DNA of 64,000 bases from an uncultured Bacillales bacterium (GTDB lineage: Bacteria; Bacillota_I; Bacilli_A; RF39; UBA660): contig CAMOID010000001.1 in the NCBI GenBank assembly GCA_946615975.1, positions 1,898 to 65,897 on the forward strand, read 5' to 3'. Shown in pieces: positions 1 to 9,571 of this stretch. Position 1 is the first letter of the stretch. Each line of letters starts with the position of its first letter. The notes under the pieces were generated by a model. That model was given only the letters and a program-made list of their open reading frames with translations, had not been told where the DNA came from and searched no databases. The position numbers and the translations under genes were made by a program.

Positions 1-1
1 T

Positions 2-766
2 CATTGCTTAGCATATGCTCCATCCAAAATAAGTATAAATGTAGGACATTATGAAGATTGTAAAAATGCAACAATAGTTGTAATTGCTGCTGGTGCTAAT
101 CAAAAGCCAGGAGAAACAAGAACAGACTTAATTAATAAAAATTCAAAAATATTTAAAGATATAATAGATAATGTAATGAAATCAGGATTTAATGGAATAT
201 TCTTAGTTGCAACTAATCCTTTAGATGTAATGACTTATTTAACTTATAAATATTCTGGTTTACCTGCAAATCAAGTAATTGGTTCAGGAACTTCATTAGA
301 TACTGCAAGACTACAAAATATAATAGGTAAAAAGATATGTGTATCGCCTAAAAATGTTCAAGCTTATGTTATAGGTGAACATGGTGATTCAGAATTTATT
401 CCATGGAGTAATGCTAATATAAGTCTTCAAAATATAAACCAATTCTTTGTAGAAGAAGAATTAAAAGAAATTGAAGATGAAGTTAGAAATGCTGCATATG
501 AAATTATAAATAGAAAAGGTGCTACCTACTATGGTATAGGAATGGCATTAGTAAGAATTACAAATGCTATTCTAGGTAACGAAAATCTAATAATACCTGT
601 TTCAACATATGATGATGAAAATGATATATATGTTGGATTACCTGCAATAATTGGTAAAGACGGTGCTAAAAGAAGAATTAAACTTAAATTAAATATGGAA
701 GAAAATAAAAAACTACAACAAAGTATAGATACAATAAAAGATAATATAAGATCTATAGGAGAGTAA
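2..766 (+). CDS. ldh: L-lactate dehydrogenase, C-terminal ~255 codons; 5' end lies outside the window
   Basis: Open frame from position 2 with no stops. Contains 'VVIAAGANQKPGETRTDL' and 'IGEHGDSEF', both LDH/MDH-family signatures. Stop TAA at 764-766. Confidence 0.9.
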   Translation, partial: HCLAYAPSKISINVGHYEDCKNATIVVIAAGANQKPGETRTDLINKNSKIFKDIIDNVMKSGFNGIFLVATNPLDVMTYLTYKYSGLPANQVIGSGTSLDTARLQNIIGKKICVSPKNVQAYVIGEHGDSEFIPWSNANISLQNINQFFVEEELKEIEDEVRNAAYEIINRKGATYYGIGMALVRITNAILGNENLIIPVSTYDDENDIYVGLPAIIGKDGAKRRIKLKLNMEENKKLQQSIDTIKDNIRSIGE

Positions 767-767
767 A

Positions 768-2021
768 ATGAAGAAATTATATTTATTACTGGTATTAGCA
801 TTGATAATGTTTATACCAACTGTTTATGCAGAAACACCTGCAATAACATACACTCATGAACAGCAAAATATATTAAATGAAAAAAACGAATTAATTGGTG
901 TAGAAATCACAATGACTTTTACTGGGCCTGAAGTAGTTGCTATACAACATGATATGGAATTTGATTCCGAAAAACTAAATTTAAAAGAAATAACTACAAA
1001 TGGTTCATTTAACTTAACATATGGAGAAATTAAAAAGAATGGAAAAAAATCAAAAACAACTATTGTAGTTGATGGTGAATATGCTTATACCTCTGCTCCA
1101 TATTTAAAACTATATTTTGAATTTACTGATAAGTTCGTTACTTATTCATCTGCACTTATAAGATTTAGCAATGTTAAAGGTGCTGGCCTATCTGAAAAGT
1201 TAGTTAATATGAATGGTAAAGAAATATCTTTAACAATAACTGGAACTAACATGTTAAATACAAGTGCTAAAGATATTGATGATAAAGTAACAATTCAAGA
1301 ATGGATTGAAACTAATAAAAAATATTTATATATAGCTGGAATTGTTATAGTAATAGTAATTATATTAGATGTATTATATGTTAGCTTTAAAAATAGAAAA
1401 CAAACTACTCCATTTAATACAAATGCACAATTTATAGATAATAATGCAAAACATTTAAGAAATTCATTTACTGATACTCAAGAAAATGAAAATAAAGAAA
1501 ACGGAATTGATCCTGATAAATATAAGTATAAGAGTATTATATTATTCTTAATAGGATTAAGTATTATATCAATTGGTACTGTAATTGCTGTACAAGGAGA
1601 AAAGAATCAAGAAATAAGGAATTACATAGTTGGTAATAAAACAAGTCTTAAAAAGGAAGAATTAGATATCTCCGGTGATAATGAAATTAATGTATTAGAC
1701 TTAGTATTAGAAAAGAATGTAAAAGATTATAATATAATTAGAATAAATGAATGGAATCCAAATTTCTTAAGAAATGTTAATATATATTATATGGACTTAT
1801 ATCATAATCAAATTCCATTAGAAGTATATTCAGTAGAATATGGCAAAACTAAACATATGAGTATTACTACTACATATGATATTAATGCTATGGAATGTGA
1901 TTTAGGAACTATAGAAAACTTTAAAAAGATAGATAATAATGTATCATGGACTTATGAATATGATTATACTTTAAATGATGGAATTGATAAGTGCTATATG
2001 CAAGCAGTTAATAGTAATTAA
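768..2021 (+). CDS. hypothetical membrane protein with a signal peptide, two internal TM segments and two extracytoplasmic domains
   Basis: ATG at 768, two nt after the ldh stop, with RBS AGGAGAG at 757-763. N-terminus 'MKKLYLLLVLALIMFIPTVYA' looks like a signal peptide. Hydrophobic stretches 'YIAGIVIVIVIILDVLYV' and 'SIILFLIGLSIISIGTVIAV'. No recognisable catalytic motif. Confidence 0.6.
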   Translation: MKKLYLLLVLALIMFIPTVYAETPAITYTHEQQNILNEKNELIGVEITMTFTGPEVVAIQHDMEFDSEKLNLKEITTNGSFNLTYGEIKKNGKKSKTTIVVDGEYAYTSAPYLKLYFEFTDKFVTYSSALIRFSNVKGAGLSEKLVNMNGKEISLTITGTNMLNTSAKDIDDKVTIQEWIETNKKYLYIAGIVIVIVIILDVLYVSFKNRKQTTPFNTNAQFIDNNAKHLRNSFTDTQENENKENGIDPDKYKYKSIILFLIGLSIISIGTVIAVQGEKNQEIRNYIVGNKTSLKKEELDISGDNEINVLDLVLEKNVKDYNIIRINEWNPNFLRNVNIYYMDLYHNQIPLEVYSVEYGKTKHMSITTTYDINAMECDLGTIENFKKIDNNVSWTYEYDYTLNDGIDKCYMQAVNSN

Positions 2022-2029
2022 ACAAAATA

Positions 2030-2058
2030 AAAACACATCAAATGATGTGTTTTTTTAT
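2030..2058. terminator. bidirectional rho-independent terminator between convergent genes
   Basis: Inverted repeat ACACATCA-AA-TGATGTGT followed by TTTTTTT on the plus strand and preceded by an A-run. Sits between the + gene ending at 2021 and the - gene ending at 2062. Confidence 0.7.
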
Positions 2059-2061
2059 TTC

Positions 2062-3633
2062 TTAAATACCATAATAATCATATGTTGTATATGGATCATT
2101 ATAAGTTGGATTTAATAATGAAAGTAATTGCATAACTACTTCAATATAAGTTCCTTGAATTACTTCAGTAACATTAGTTGAAATAGCTTGTTGTTCTTCA
2201 GGAGTAATTTCTTCATATGGTCTTGCATTAGCAACATCAAATGTTTCAATCTTTTCAACTTTCTTTAATTCTGATGTATATTTTAAAGAACCTTTAACAT
2301 TGTTAGTTCCCTCTTTATAAGAACCATTAAAATCTACTGTATTCTTCATTAAATTATCAGCAGTTGTATTAGTTAATGATAAAGATAAATCTAAATCTTT
2401 ACCAGTTAAACTTAATTTAACTCCATCAGTTATAAATTGTACTTTTAAAGTATATTCTTCAATCTTAAATTCATATTCTTTATTTACTTCATCATAAATA
2501 AATTCATATTCAACATTACCATCATCATTATAAATTTTAAATGTAGTTACATTATTATTTGATACTGCAGTTAAAGCTACTTTTCCATCACTAGTTATTT
2601 CTAATGCTAAGAATTTACCTTGTTTAGTAGTATAAATATTAACGTTATATTTAATATCTTTTTCTGGAAGAATAGTTTCTTTTCTAGCTTTAATATTATC
2701 TATTTCATCAAATAAATTATTCTTAACTGCATCAGTTGATATCATTCCATATTTTGCAAGAATTTCAATTAATTCTTCATCAGCAATCATTTCATTGATG
2801 ATATTAATTTCCATATCATTTAATCTAGTTGTTGATAATTCAATAGTTGTTTTAACACCTGAAATATTTGTTCCATCAATTGTGAAATTTCCATCTGCTT
2901 GAGTTAAATATTCATCTTTAATTGAATGTCTAGCATATTGTTTTATTTTAGAAATTACTGTCTTTAAATCTCCTGAATTGTATTCAGGCATTTTATCAGT
3001 TAAATCAATAATGTCATCCCAGAATGTAGTATTATTTAAGTCATATACATATGGTGTAGTAAATACATTTGAGTTAACATAAGCTTTATTGTTTTGAACA
3101 AATGCTTGTAAGTTAACTATTTCCTTACTATTTTGAGAAGTACTTATTTTTGTAGATAATTCTTTATTTTTAATATTACTGATAAGATCATAGTCAAAAT
3201 CTATATTTTTTAATTCTATCTTTTCTCCATCAGCAGATCCTTCAACATCAAGTTTTAAATTACCAGTTCCTTGAATGATGTCATTTTTATAGTTGAAAGT
3301 GAAAACTTTATCAACAGCTGTTTCAATTGCTGCTGCTTTACTAAACATTGTGTTTAATGTTCCATCTACAACTTGTTTAGCAGATACTTTGTGGAAGAAT
3401 AAGAAATAAGCTCCTGTTCCACCTCCTGCTAATACTAAAACTAAAAGAATTAATATAATTGGTAAAATACTTTTCTTTTTAGTTGGTTCTGGTACAGGTT
3501 GAACTGGAGGTTGTACCATTGTTGGTTGTACTGGTGCAACTGGTGTAGCTTGAGGAACTACTGTTGGTCCAACAGGTGTTACTGGTGTTACAGGTTGCAC
3601 AGGTTGTTGATTGTTAAATTCGTTTTGATTCAT
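2062..3633 (-). CDS. N-terminally anchored surface protein (type II topology), member of the 'MNxNQ / P-Q-V-rich / PVPEPTKK' leader family
   Basis: N-terminus 'MNQNEFNNQQPVQPVTPVTPV...PVQPVPEPTKKKSILPIILILLVLVLAGG' is followed by about 440 aa with no further TM. RBS AGGAG lies 8 nt upstream of ATG 3633. The ATG is 1 nt from the stop of the upstream phosphatase gene. Confidence 0.65.
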   Translation of the reverse strand: MNQNEFNNQQPVQPVTPVTPVGPTVVPQATPVAPVQPTMVQPPVQPVPEPTKKKSILPIILILLVLVLAGGGTGAYFLFFHKVSAKQVVDGTLNTMFSKAAAIETAVDKVFTFNYKNDIIQGTGNLKLDVEGSADGEKIELKNIDFDYDLISNIKNKELSTKISTSQNSKEIVNLQAFVQNNKAYVNSNVFTTPYVYDLNNTTFWDDIIDLTDKMPEYNSGDLKTVISKIKQYARHSIKDEYLTQADGNFTIDGTNISGVKTTIELSTTRLNDMEINIINEMIADEELIEILAKYGMISTDAVKNNLFDEIDNIKARKETILPEKDIKYNVNIYTTKQGKFLALEITSDGKVALTAVSNNNVTTFKIYNDDGNVEYEFIYDEVNKEYEFKIEEYTLKVQFITDGVKLSLTGKDLDLSLSLTNTTADNLMKNTVDFNGSYKEGTNNVKGSLKYTSELKKVEKIETFDVANARPYEEITPEEQQAISTNVTEVIQGTYIEVVMQLLSLLNPTYNDPYTTYDYYGI

Positions 3634-3634
3634 T

Positions 3635-4369
3635 TTAATAACTCCTATCTATTTCTTTATTTTCTATTATTTTAGTTATATTGCCATAAGTTAAATCTTC
3701 AAATAACTTTTGGTTTTTCTTAACTAATTTATATAATTTCTTTTCGAATCTTTCACATTTAAAATCATCTGTAGATCTATGAATGTCAGATCCAAAGAAA
3801 GTTATATATCCTTTTTTTATGTAATACTTTAATGTCTTTTTAGCTCCTGTTCCATATTTGCCAAATAGACTTAAATAATTACCTTGAAGTAATGCACCTA
3901 ATCTTAAATAATCTTCTACTTTGTCAGGGTCTTTTTTTAAATAATCATATCTTTCTGGATGTGCAATTATAGGAATATAATTATGAGAAATAATTTCAAA
4001 TATAATTTGTTGAGCTCTTTTATCTTCGTTATGTAATGGAAATTCTATAAGAACATATCTTGAATTGTTTAATGTGCTTATTTCACCTTTTTTAATTAAA
4101 TCAGGTATTCCTTCATCAGCCCATACTTCATTTCCTAAATGTAATTTAATATTTATATTTTCTTCTACACTTCTTTTCTTTAATTCTTCTAATAAAGCTA
4201 ATTTCTTTTTATTGTTAGCATTATATTTTGAATTAAGAATATAATGTGGTGTTAGAATCATTTCATCTATTCCACTTTCTTGTGCATTTTTTAACATAGC
4301 GATTGATGTTTCAATATCTTTTGAACCATCGTCTATAGAGAATAAGATATGATTATGCATGTCCTTCAT
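3635..4369 (-). CDS. PHP-family protein-tyrosine phosphatase (CpsB/YwqE-like)
   Basis: 'MKDMHNHILFSIDDGS' is the HxH metal-binding start typical of CpsB/YwqE, and 'HPERY' lies further down the protein. Start moved to ATG 4369 (RBS GAGAAGGAGAA 8-9 nt upstream). The ORF-track start at 4429 adds 'MDTMVIMDTMVIM', which is antisense of the kinase Tyr-cluster codons. Confidence 0.8.
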   Translation of the reverse strand: MKDMHNHILFSIDDGSKDIETSIAMLKNAQESGIDEMILTPHYILNSKYNANNKKKLALLEELKKRSVEENINIKLHLGNEVWADEGIPDLIKKGEISTLNNSRYVLIEFPLHNEDKRAQQIIFEIISHNYIPIIAHPERYDYLKKDPDKVEDYLRLGALLQGNYLSLFGKYGTGAKKTLKYYIKKGYITFFGSDIHRSTDDFKCERFEKKLYKLVKKNQKLFEDLTYGNITKIIENKEIDRSY

Positions 4370-4370
4370 T

Positions 4371-5117
4371 TTATTTTTGTTCTCCTTCTCCATAATAACC
4401 ATAGTATCCATAATAACCATAGTATCCATTATGTCTTGATTTAGTCTTATTAACTACAACACCTGTAATTGGTGCTCCAGCTTTTTCAAAAGCCTTCTTA
4501 ACATCACTTATATTTTCAATTCTTGTTCTATGATCAGATACTACAAGAACGTTAGCATCACTGAACTTAGTAAGAATTAATGTATCAGATAATCCTATAA
4601 CTGGAGGACAATCTAATATAATGATGTCATATTTTTCTTTTAATAAGCTAATTAAGTTTTTATTCTTAGAACTTGATAATAATTCAATTGGGTTTGGAGG
4701 TACAGGTCCATTTGGTATTAAATCAATATTCTTATATTTTGTATGACATATATATTCTCTAATATCAACTTGTTCTGCATGAGTTTCTACTACCTCTAAT
4801 GGATTTTTAAAATTTAATATTAAATTAGTAAATCCTTTTGAATTATCTTTAACTATATCAAATATTTTATCTTGTCTTCCTTTACGAAGGTCACAGTCAA
4901 TTATAAGTACTTTTTTATTTTCTTGTGCATATGCACCAGCTAAGTTAGAACTTATAAAACTCTTACCATCACCAGGTGTTGGTGATGTAATAAGTATTAC
5001 TTTAACTTTTGAATTAACTGATGCAAAATGTAAGTTAGTTCTTATACTTTTAATTGCTTCTGAAAAACCTGACTTAGGGTTGGTAGTTATATATAATTCA
5101 CTATTTTCGTTTTCCAT
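4371..5117 (-). CDS. BY-kinase (bacterial tyrosine autokinase, CpsD/YwqD/PtkA-like), cytoplasmic ATPase partner of Wzz
   Basis: Walker A 'TSPTPGDGKSFISSNLA', a Walker A' DxD motif 'IIDCDLRKG' and Walker B 'DIIILDCPP'. C-terminal tyrosine cluster 'GYYGYYGYYGYYGEGEQK'. Start placed at ATG 5117 (RBS AGGTAGGTGG); the ORF-track start at 5126 is a GTG. Confidence 0.9.
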   Translation of the reverse strand: MENENSELYITTNPKSGFSEAIKSIRTNLHFASVNSKVKVILITSPTPGDGKSFISSNLAGAYAQENKKVLIIDCDLRKGRQDKIFDIVKDNSKGFTNLILNFKNPLEVVETHAEQVDIREYICHTKYKNIDLIPNGPVPPNPIELLSSSKNKNLISLLKEKYDIIILDCPPVIGLSDTLILTKFSDANVLVVSDHRTRIENISDVKKAFEKAGAPITGVVVNKTKSRHNGYYGYYGYYGYYGEGEQK

Positions 5118-5778
5118 GTTTTCCACCTACCTTTGGTACAGTTCCAAGTACAGATAAACCTAACTTATCTTCTATTGTCTCTGGATCCTTAATTGATGTA
5201 TCCATATAGAATATCATGAATAATATAACACATCCTAAAATAATACCAATTCCACCATATATTAAGTTTTCTTTCATAATATTAATATTATATGGTGTAG
5301 TTTCAAATGAAGCTTCATCAAGTATAGCTACATTCTTAATATCATAGTAATTAGGTATTTCAGCAATAAATACCTTTGTTATTTCTTCTGCAATTTGTTG
5401 AGCTAATTTATTATCTTTGTTAGATACTACTATACTAATAATTTGTGTACCAGTTACTTGTGAAACTTTAATACTATCTTGTAATTGACTTACAGATAAG
5501 TCTGAATTTAAATTATAAATTACTTGAGATAGTACTTTTCTAGAAGTAATTATATTAGAATATGTTGAAGCTAAACTATTATTTAATGATACTTCACTTG
5601 AAGTAACTTGTTCTGCTTCACTTACTAATACAATTGTAGTAGTACTATGATACATTGGTGTTCTAAAATTAGCTGAGTATATATCACCTAGTATTAAAAT
5701 AACTAGGAAGGAAATAATTACAACATAAAATTTAGAAATGAAAAAATCAAATAATTCTTTTAAATTAATTTCTTCCAT
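5101..5778 (-). CDS. Wzz/CpsC/YwqC-like transmembrane modulator (polysaccharide co-polymerase family, BY-kinase activator)
   Basis: Two TM segments ('FYVVIISFLVILILG' near the N-terminus and 'IYGGIGIILGCVILFMIFYM' near the C-terminus) flank a periplasmic-type domain. C-terminal basic tail 'KVGGKHGKRK'. Overlaps the kinase gene by 17 nt. Confidence 0.8.
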   Translation of the reverse strand: MEEINLKELFDFFISKFYVVIISFLVILILGDIYSANFRTPMYHSTTTIVLVSEAEQVTSSEVSLNNSLASTYSNIITSRKVLSQVIYNLNSDLSVSQLQDSIKVSQVTGTQIISIVVSNKDNKLAQQIAEEITKVFIAEIPNYYDIKNVAILDEASFETTPYNINIMKENLIYGGIGIILGCVILFMIFYMDTSIKDPETIEDKLGLSVLGTVPKVGGKHGKRK

Positions 5779-5841
5779 CTTAATTCCCCTCTATCCTACT
5801 ATACATAATAATATCATAATAAACTATATTTTAAAAGAATT

Positions 5842-6930
5842 TTACTTGATTTCATTGATATTTTTATCTTCAATTGGAGCTCCTCCAAATGCTACTGAAG
5901 ACATATTTGAGTTATCTACTAATTCATTGCTTGAAGAATCTTCAAATTCAGGAATATCATCTTCTTCAATAGTAGTACTTTCAACTGCAATTGGTTCTTC
6001 TTTTTTTTCAGTAACAATAGGTAACTTTTCCTCATCTGATACAGCATTTGGATCTGCAAAAGAATCATCTAAGAACTTATTACTTATTTTATCTTCATGA
6101 TTTTTTATTTCATCTTCTGTCATTACATTAATTGGATTTTCTATACTTTCAACTGGTTTTACTAAATTAGCATTAGCATTGAAAATATCGTTTTGTTCAA
6201 ATTTATCTACTGAACTATTTTCAATTTCTTTCTTAATATCTTCTTTAGTAGATTTTCTAATAATATTTATAAATAGAATAATTACAATAAGTGCTACAAC
6301 AATGCCTCCACCTATCATAATTGTTTGATTCATTTTGATTTTATTATATTCTTCTTTTCCAGTTGATTCTATTTCAGTTTTAAATTCAAATTTGATATTT
6401 TTATCTTTAGTTAAATCCCAAGTATATGTTTTATCATCTACTTTTTTTCCATTTATATTTTCTAATTCATATGGAACTTTTAATTTAAATGTTCCTTCTG
6501 TTAGTCCATCTATAACATTATTAGATAAATTAGAAACATATTTACTACCAGACATTTTTAATAATTCATATTTATAATTAGATCTAAAAATACCTAATTT
6601 ATCATATGCTGGACCAACACAGTCATCTAAATCTTTATAATTAATTGTTACTATTGTTTTATCATTTTCTGTAGATATATTATATGTATCTATATTTTGA
6701 TAATTGGAATCATTGAAAGATAGTTTATTTTTAATTTCAGTATATTCCGGATCTCCTTGAGTACATGTATTACTAACACATTTACTCTTTATTTCTTCAT
6801 CTGTAATTATTAATTCTTTTTTGAATTCTACTGATCTATCTTCATTTATAGTCATTTCTACATTAAATGTATAACCAGATACAAATACAGATAAAATCAA
6901 TAAAGAAATTACGTTAATTATCTTTTTCAT
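5842..6930 (-). CDS. bitopic surface protein: signal peptide, ~190-aa extracellular domain, single TM, acidic cytoplasmic tail
   Basis: 'MKKIINVISLLILSVFVSG' signal peptide. TM 'IMIGGGIVVALIVIILFINII'. C-terminal E/D-rich tail. Own promoter (-10 TATAAT) and RBS AGGTGAG upstream. Stop lies 64 nt upstream of the Wzz start. Confidence 0.65.
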   Translation of the reverse strand: MKKIINVISLLILSVFVSGYTFNVEMTINEDRSVEFKKELIITDEEIKSKCVSNTCTQGDPEYTEIKNKLSFNDSNYQNIDTYNISTENDKTIVTINYKDLDDCVGPAYDKLGIFRSNYKYELLKMSGSKYVSNLSNNVIDGLTEGTFKLKVPYELENINGKKVDDKTYTWDLTKDKNIKFEFKTEIESTGKEEYNKIKMNQTIMIGGGIVVALIVIILFINIIRKSTKEDIKKEIENSSVDKFEQNDIFNANANLVKPVESIENPINVMTEDEIKNHEDKISNKFLDDSFADPNAVSDEEKLPIVTEKKEEPIAVESTTIEEDDIPEFEDSSSNELVDNSNMSSVAFGGAPIEDKNINEIK

Positions 6931-6968
6931 ATACTCTCACCTAGTATAAATTATATCTTAAAATGAAA

Positions 6969-6995
6969 GCAAAAAAAAGAGACATTAAGTCTCTT
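6969..6995 (-). terminator. rho-independent terminator after the lipoprotein gene
   Basis: On the minus strand: AAGAGAC-TTAAT-GTCTCTT hairpin followed by an 8-T run (A-run 6971-6978 on plus). Overlaps the stop codon at 6994-6996. Confidence 0.7.
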
Positions 6996-7545
6996 ATTTA
7001 TATTTTTTAAATTCTGCCTTATTAACACTTGATATTTCGTTTTCTTTTGATTCAAATGCTTCTTTAGATGATTCAACATTATCAACTGTATATTTTTTTC
7101 CATCAGTAGTAGCATTTGAAATTTCTACTTTATTATTATTTTCAAACTTTGTTGATAAATATGCATATGCATCTTCATTAACAACTGATTTATATATTCC
7201 ATTTTCTCTTAAATCTTGAAAATCTTTCATACTATATTTATAACCATATATTGTCTTATCATTATATCTAAATACGATATATTCCGCATCTGCCCCTGAT
7301 AAATATGTAACTAATTCTTTTGTTCCATCTTTATCCATATCAACATATGTATATGCTATTGTATCTAAATGTTTAGGACTATCTTTCATATAAACCTCTA
7401 ATTTATATTCTTTATCTTCAAGCTTGAATTCTTTTTCGTTAGATAATACTTTATATAATATATCTTCTGCCTTTTCTTTTCCACATCCTGTGAAAATAAG
7501 TAATGTCATAAGTAAAGAAATAAATAATAAACTCTTCTTTTTCAT
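6994..7545 (-). CDS. lipoprotein (lipobox LIFTGC), secreted domain of unknown function
   Basis: 'MKKKSLLFISLLMTLLIFTGCGK' is a type II signal peptide with Cys at +1. Followed by its own terminator. Confidence 0.65.
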   Translation of the reverse strand: MKKKSLLFISLLMTLLIFTGCGKEKAEDILYKVLSNEKEFKLEDKEYKLEVYMKDSPKHLDTIAYTYVDMDKDGTKELVTYLSGADAEYIVFRYNDKTIYGYKYSMKDFQDLRENGIYKSVVNEDAYAYLSTKFENNNKVEISNATTDGKKYTVDNVESSKEAFESKENEISSVNKAEFKKYK

Positions 7546-7616
7546 ATTTACACATCCTCTACCTAAATTATATTACATATTTTAATAAAATGCTATAATT
7601 ATACTAGGTGATATAT

Positions 7617-8003
7617 ATGGTAGAAGAATTAAAAGAATTATTAAAAAATTCATATAGTCCTTATTCTAACTTTCCTGTAGCTAGTATACTAATTACTAAA
7701 GACGGAAGAAAGTATAAGGGTGTAAATGTTGAAGACGCATCTACTAGAGCTGGTTCATGTGCTGAAAGATCTGCTATCTTTAGTGCTATTTCAGATGGTG
7801 TAAAAAAAGGTGAATTTAAAGAAATAAATATTATGGTTAATAATGGAGATATTAGTACACCTTGTTTTGTTTGTAGACAAATGTTATTAGAATTATTTGA
7901 TAAAGATTCTATAGTAAGATGTTATTCTAATACTGGTGATTATAAAGAATTCACTGTTGAAGAATTAACTCCTTATCCTTTTGGATCAGAAGATTTAAAA
8001 TAA
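7617..8003 (+). CDS. cdd: cytidine deaminase
   Basis: Zinc ligand motifs 'CAERSAI' and 'PCFVCRQ' (CDA family H/C-A-E...PC-x2-C). Start moved to ATG 7617 (RBS AGGTGA at 7606-7611); the ORF-track start at 7608 is a GTG. Confidence 0.9.
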   Translation: MVEELKELLKNSYSPYSNFPVASILITKDGRKYKGVNVEDASTRAGSCAERSAIFSAISDGVKKGEFKEINIMVNNGDISTPCFVCRQMLLELFDKDSIVRCYSNTGDYKEFTVEELTPYPFGSEDLK

Positions 8004-8030
8004 AAAAGATATCGATTGATATCTTTTTTT
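8003..8030. terminator. bidirectional terminator between cdd and the convergent two-gene operon
   Basis: AAAAGATATC-GATT-GATATCTTTTTTT palindrome. Confidence 0.7.
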
Positions 8031-9021
8031 ATTTAACTAATTTAATTAAATCTTGTTTTTCTATTTTTGTTTTATCTTCTCTATAGAATATTTTGTTTAT
8101 AAATCTTAATTTAATGAATTCTAGTTCTTCTTCATCAAATTTAATTGGTCCATCTTCTAGTGTTTCAATTACATCATTTTTATCTATATTACCTTTTGCT
8201 ACTTCCATAGCTATTATTTTTAACATATTATCTGATATTCTTATAGATTCAGGTTTGTTTGAATATAAAGATAACATTGTATAATTCATTAATATAGATT
8301 CTAATATATTAGCAACTGTATTATTTCTATTTAATATTTTTGTTTCGTCATCTTCTTCTAATTTATTAGCTTTATCTAACATTGTTGATATATATGATCT
8401 AACTTTCGGATCAAATTTATTAATAATCTTTGATTCTTTTATTAATTCTTCTACACAGTCTTGAACATCTGTTAATGGAGATGTTCTATCTATATTAATA
8501 ACGTCTTTACTTAGAACACTATAGATAAGAGAGAATCCTTCTTTATATTGTAAGAATCTTTCTATATCATCTATAGCTTCATGATATAATTTGTTATTTT
8601 TATATTCTATATTAGATATAGATTTTAAATATTTAACCTTATTAGAAATTTCAACAAATAAATCATCAGTATATTTTACAGATTCTTTTATTAATGTAGA
8701 TGGGTTATTTAATATTTTCATTAAAGCTTCTGATGGAGCTAATGACATTAAATAATTATTAATAGAATATAATATATTATCTACTTTTTCTTTTCTTACA
8801 TCATCTATATCTGTTTCATAATCATCCTCATTTTCTGAAGATATTACTGATTCTAATATAGCCTCTTGTAATGAATTTACAGAAGCAACTAATGGATCTT
8901 GTAGATCTACTTCTTTTTCCATTGTGAATTCTAATAATTTATTTAAATAATTAGATTTATCATTGTTTAAATAAATATTAAATTCTTCGTCAAATAGTTT
9001 TCTTTGTTCAACTACTTCCAT
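8029..9021 (-). CDS. hypothetical acidic cytoplasmic protein (330 aa)
   Basis: Long ORF with no TM and no recognisable motif. Second gene of a two-gene operon; the start is 10 nt after the stop of the upstream gene. Confidence 0.55.
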   Translation of the reverse strand: MEVVEQRKLFDEEFNIYLNNDKSNYLNKLLEFTMEKEVDLQDPLVASVNSLQEAILESVISSENEDDYETDIDDVRKEKVDNILYSINNYLMSLAPSEALMKILNNPSTLIKESVKYTDDLFVEISNKVKYLKSISNIEYKNNKLYHEAIDDIERFLQYKEGFSLIYSVLSKDVINIDRTSPLTDVQDCVEELIKESKIINKFDPKVRSYISTMLDKANKLEEDDETKILNRNNTVANILESILMNYTMLSLYSNKPESIRISDNMLKIIAMEVAKGNIDKNDVIETLEDGPIKFDEEELEFIKLRFINKIFYREDKTKIEKQDLIKLVK

Positions 9022-9031
9022 AGGATACCTC

Positions 9032-9571
9032 CTAATTAAAATATCTTGATACTAATTCTTCAGGTTCTCCACTTACGCGCATTTGTTGACTTGATTTTAA
9101 TTCTCTATGTAATGCATCTATTACAGCTTTATCATCTTCTCCATTAAACATAGATACTAAATCATATGTTCTCATAGTAGTAAAATATGCAAATACATCT
9201 TCATAAGGATATTTTCTTAATAAATCACTTATTACTTCAATCATTTTATCTTGATACTTTTTAGTATATTTTCTTATACCTGTTTTATATTTTGGATCAG
9301 ATGTTTCAATAGAAGATTTAACACTTTCATATGCATCATATACTACATATAAAATATTCATTATTTCTTCTTGTGTATAATTTGTCTTTTCACTTATAGA
9401 GTTAACTGTAGATCCAGTTAATGTATATTTTTCTCCAAAACAAGTTTCGATTATATAATCCTTTCCATCAGTTTTATATGAGATTTGTAAGTCTTGATTT
9501 TCTCCTAAATCTTCATATTGTTTTTTGCTTAAAATGTTTTCAGTGTTGATTGCAATTAAATTGTTTGCCAT
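9032..9571 (-). CDS. hypothetical cytoplasmic protein (179 aa)
   Basis: RBS GAGGGGGAAAA upstream of ATG 9571. Own promoter: TTGCAA-N17-TAGAAT in 9580-9640 on the minus strand. Confidence 0.55.
   Translation of the reverse strand: MANNLIAINTENILSKKQYEDLGENQDLQISYKTDGKDYIIETCFGEKYTLTGSTVNSISEKTNYTQEEIMNILYVVYDAYESVKSSIETSDPKYKTGIRKYTKKYQDKMIEVISDLLRKYPYEDVFAYFTTMRTYDLVSMFNGEDDKAVIDALHRELKSSQQMRVSGEPEELVSRYFN

Noticed and set aside
529-801. Many opposite-strand ORFs nested in annotated genes (529..801, 5738..6100, 6335..6577, 8093..8284, 10013..10270, 11875..12093, 13541..13810, 13844..14035, 15475..15690, 17559..17816, 27773..27973, 28145..28339, 36683..36901, 38281..38661, 38981..39253, 39956..40267, 40508..40885, 46907..47152, 51465..51722, 51963..52196, 53502..53684, 53964..54176, 57164..57358, 60650..61071, 61119..61685)
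   Set aside because: Each is fully inside a longer, motif-supported gene on the other strand. Their products are low-complexity (I/L/F/S-rich) as expected from antisense AT-rich codons. None has a credible RBS.
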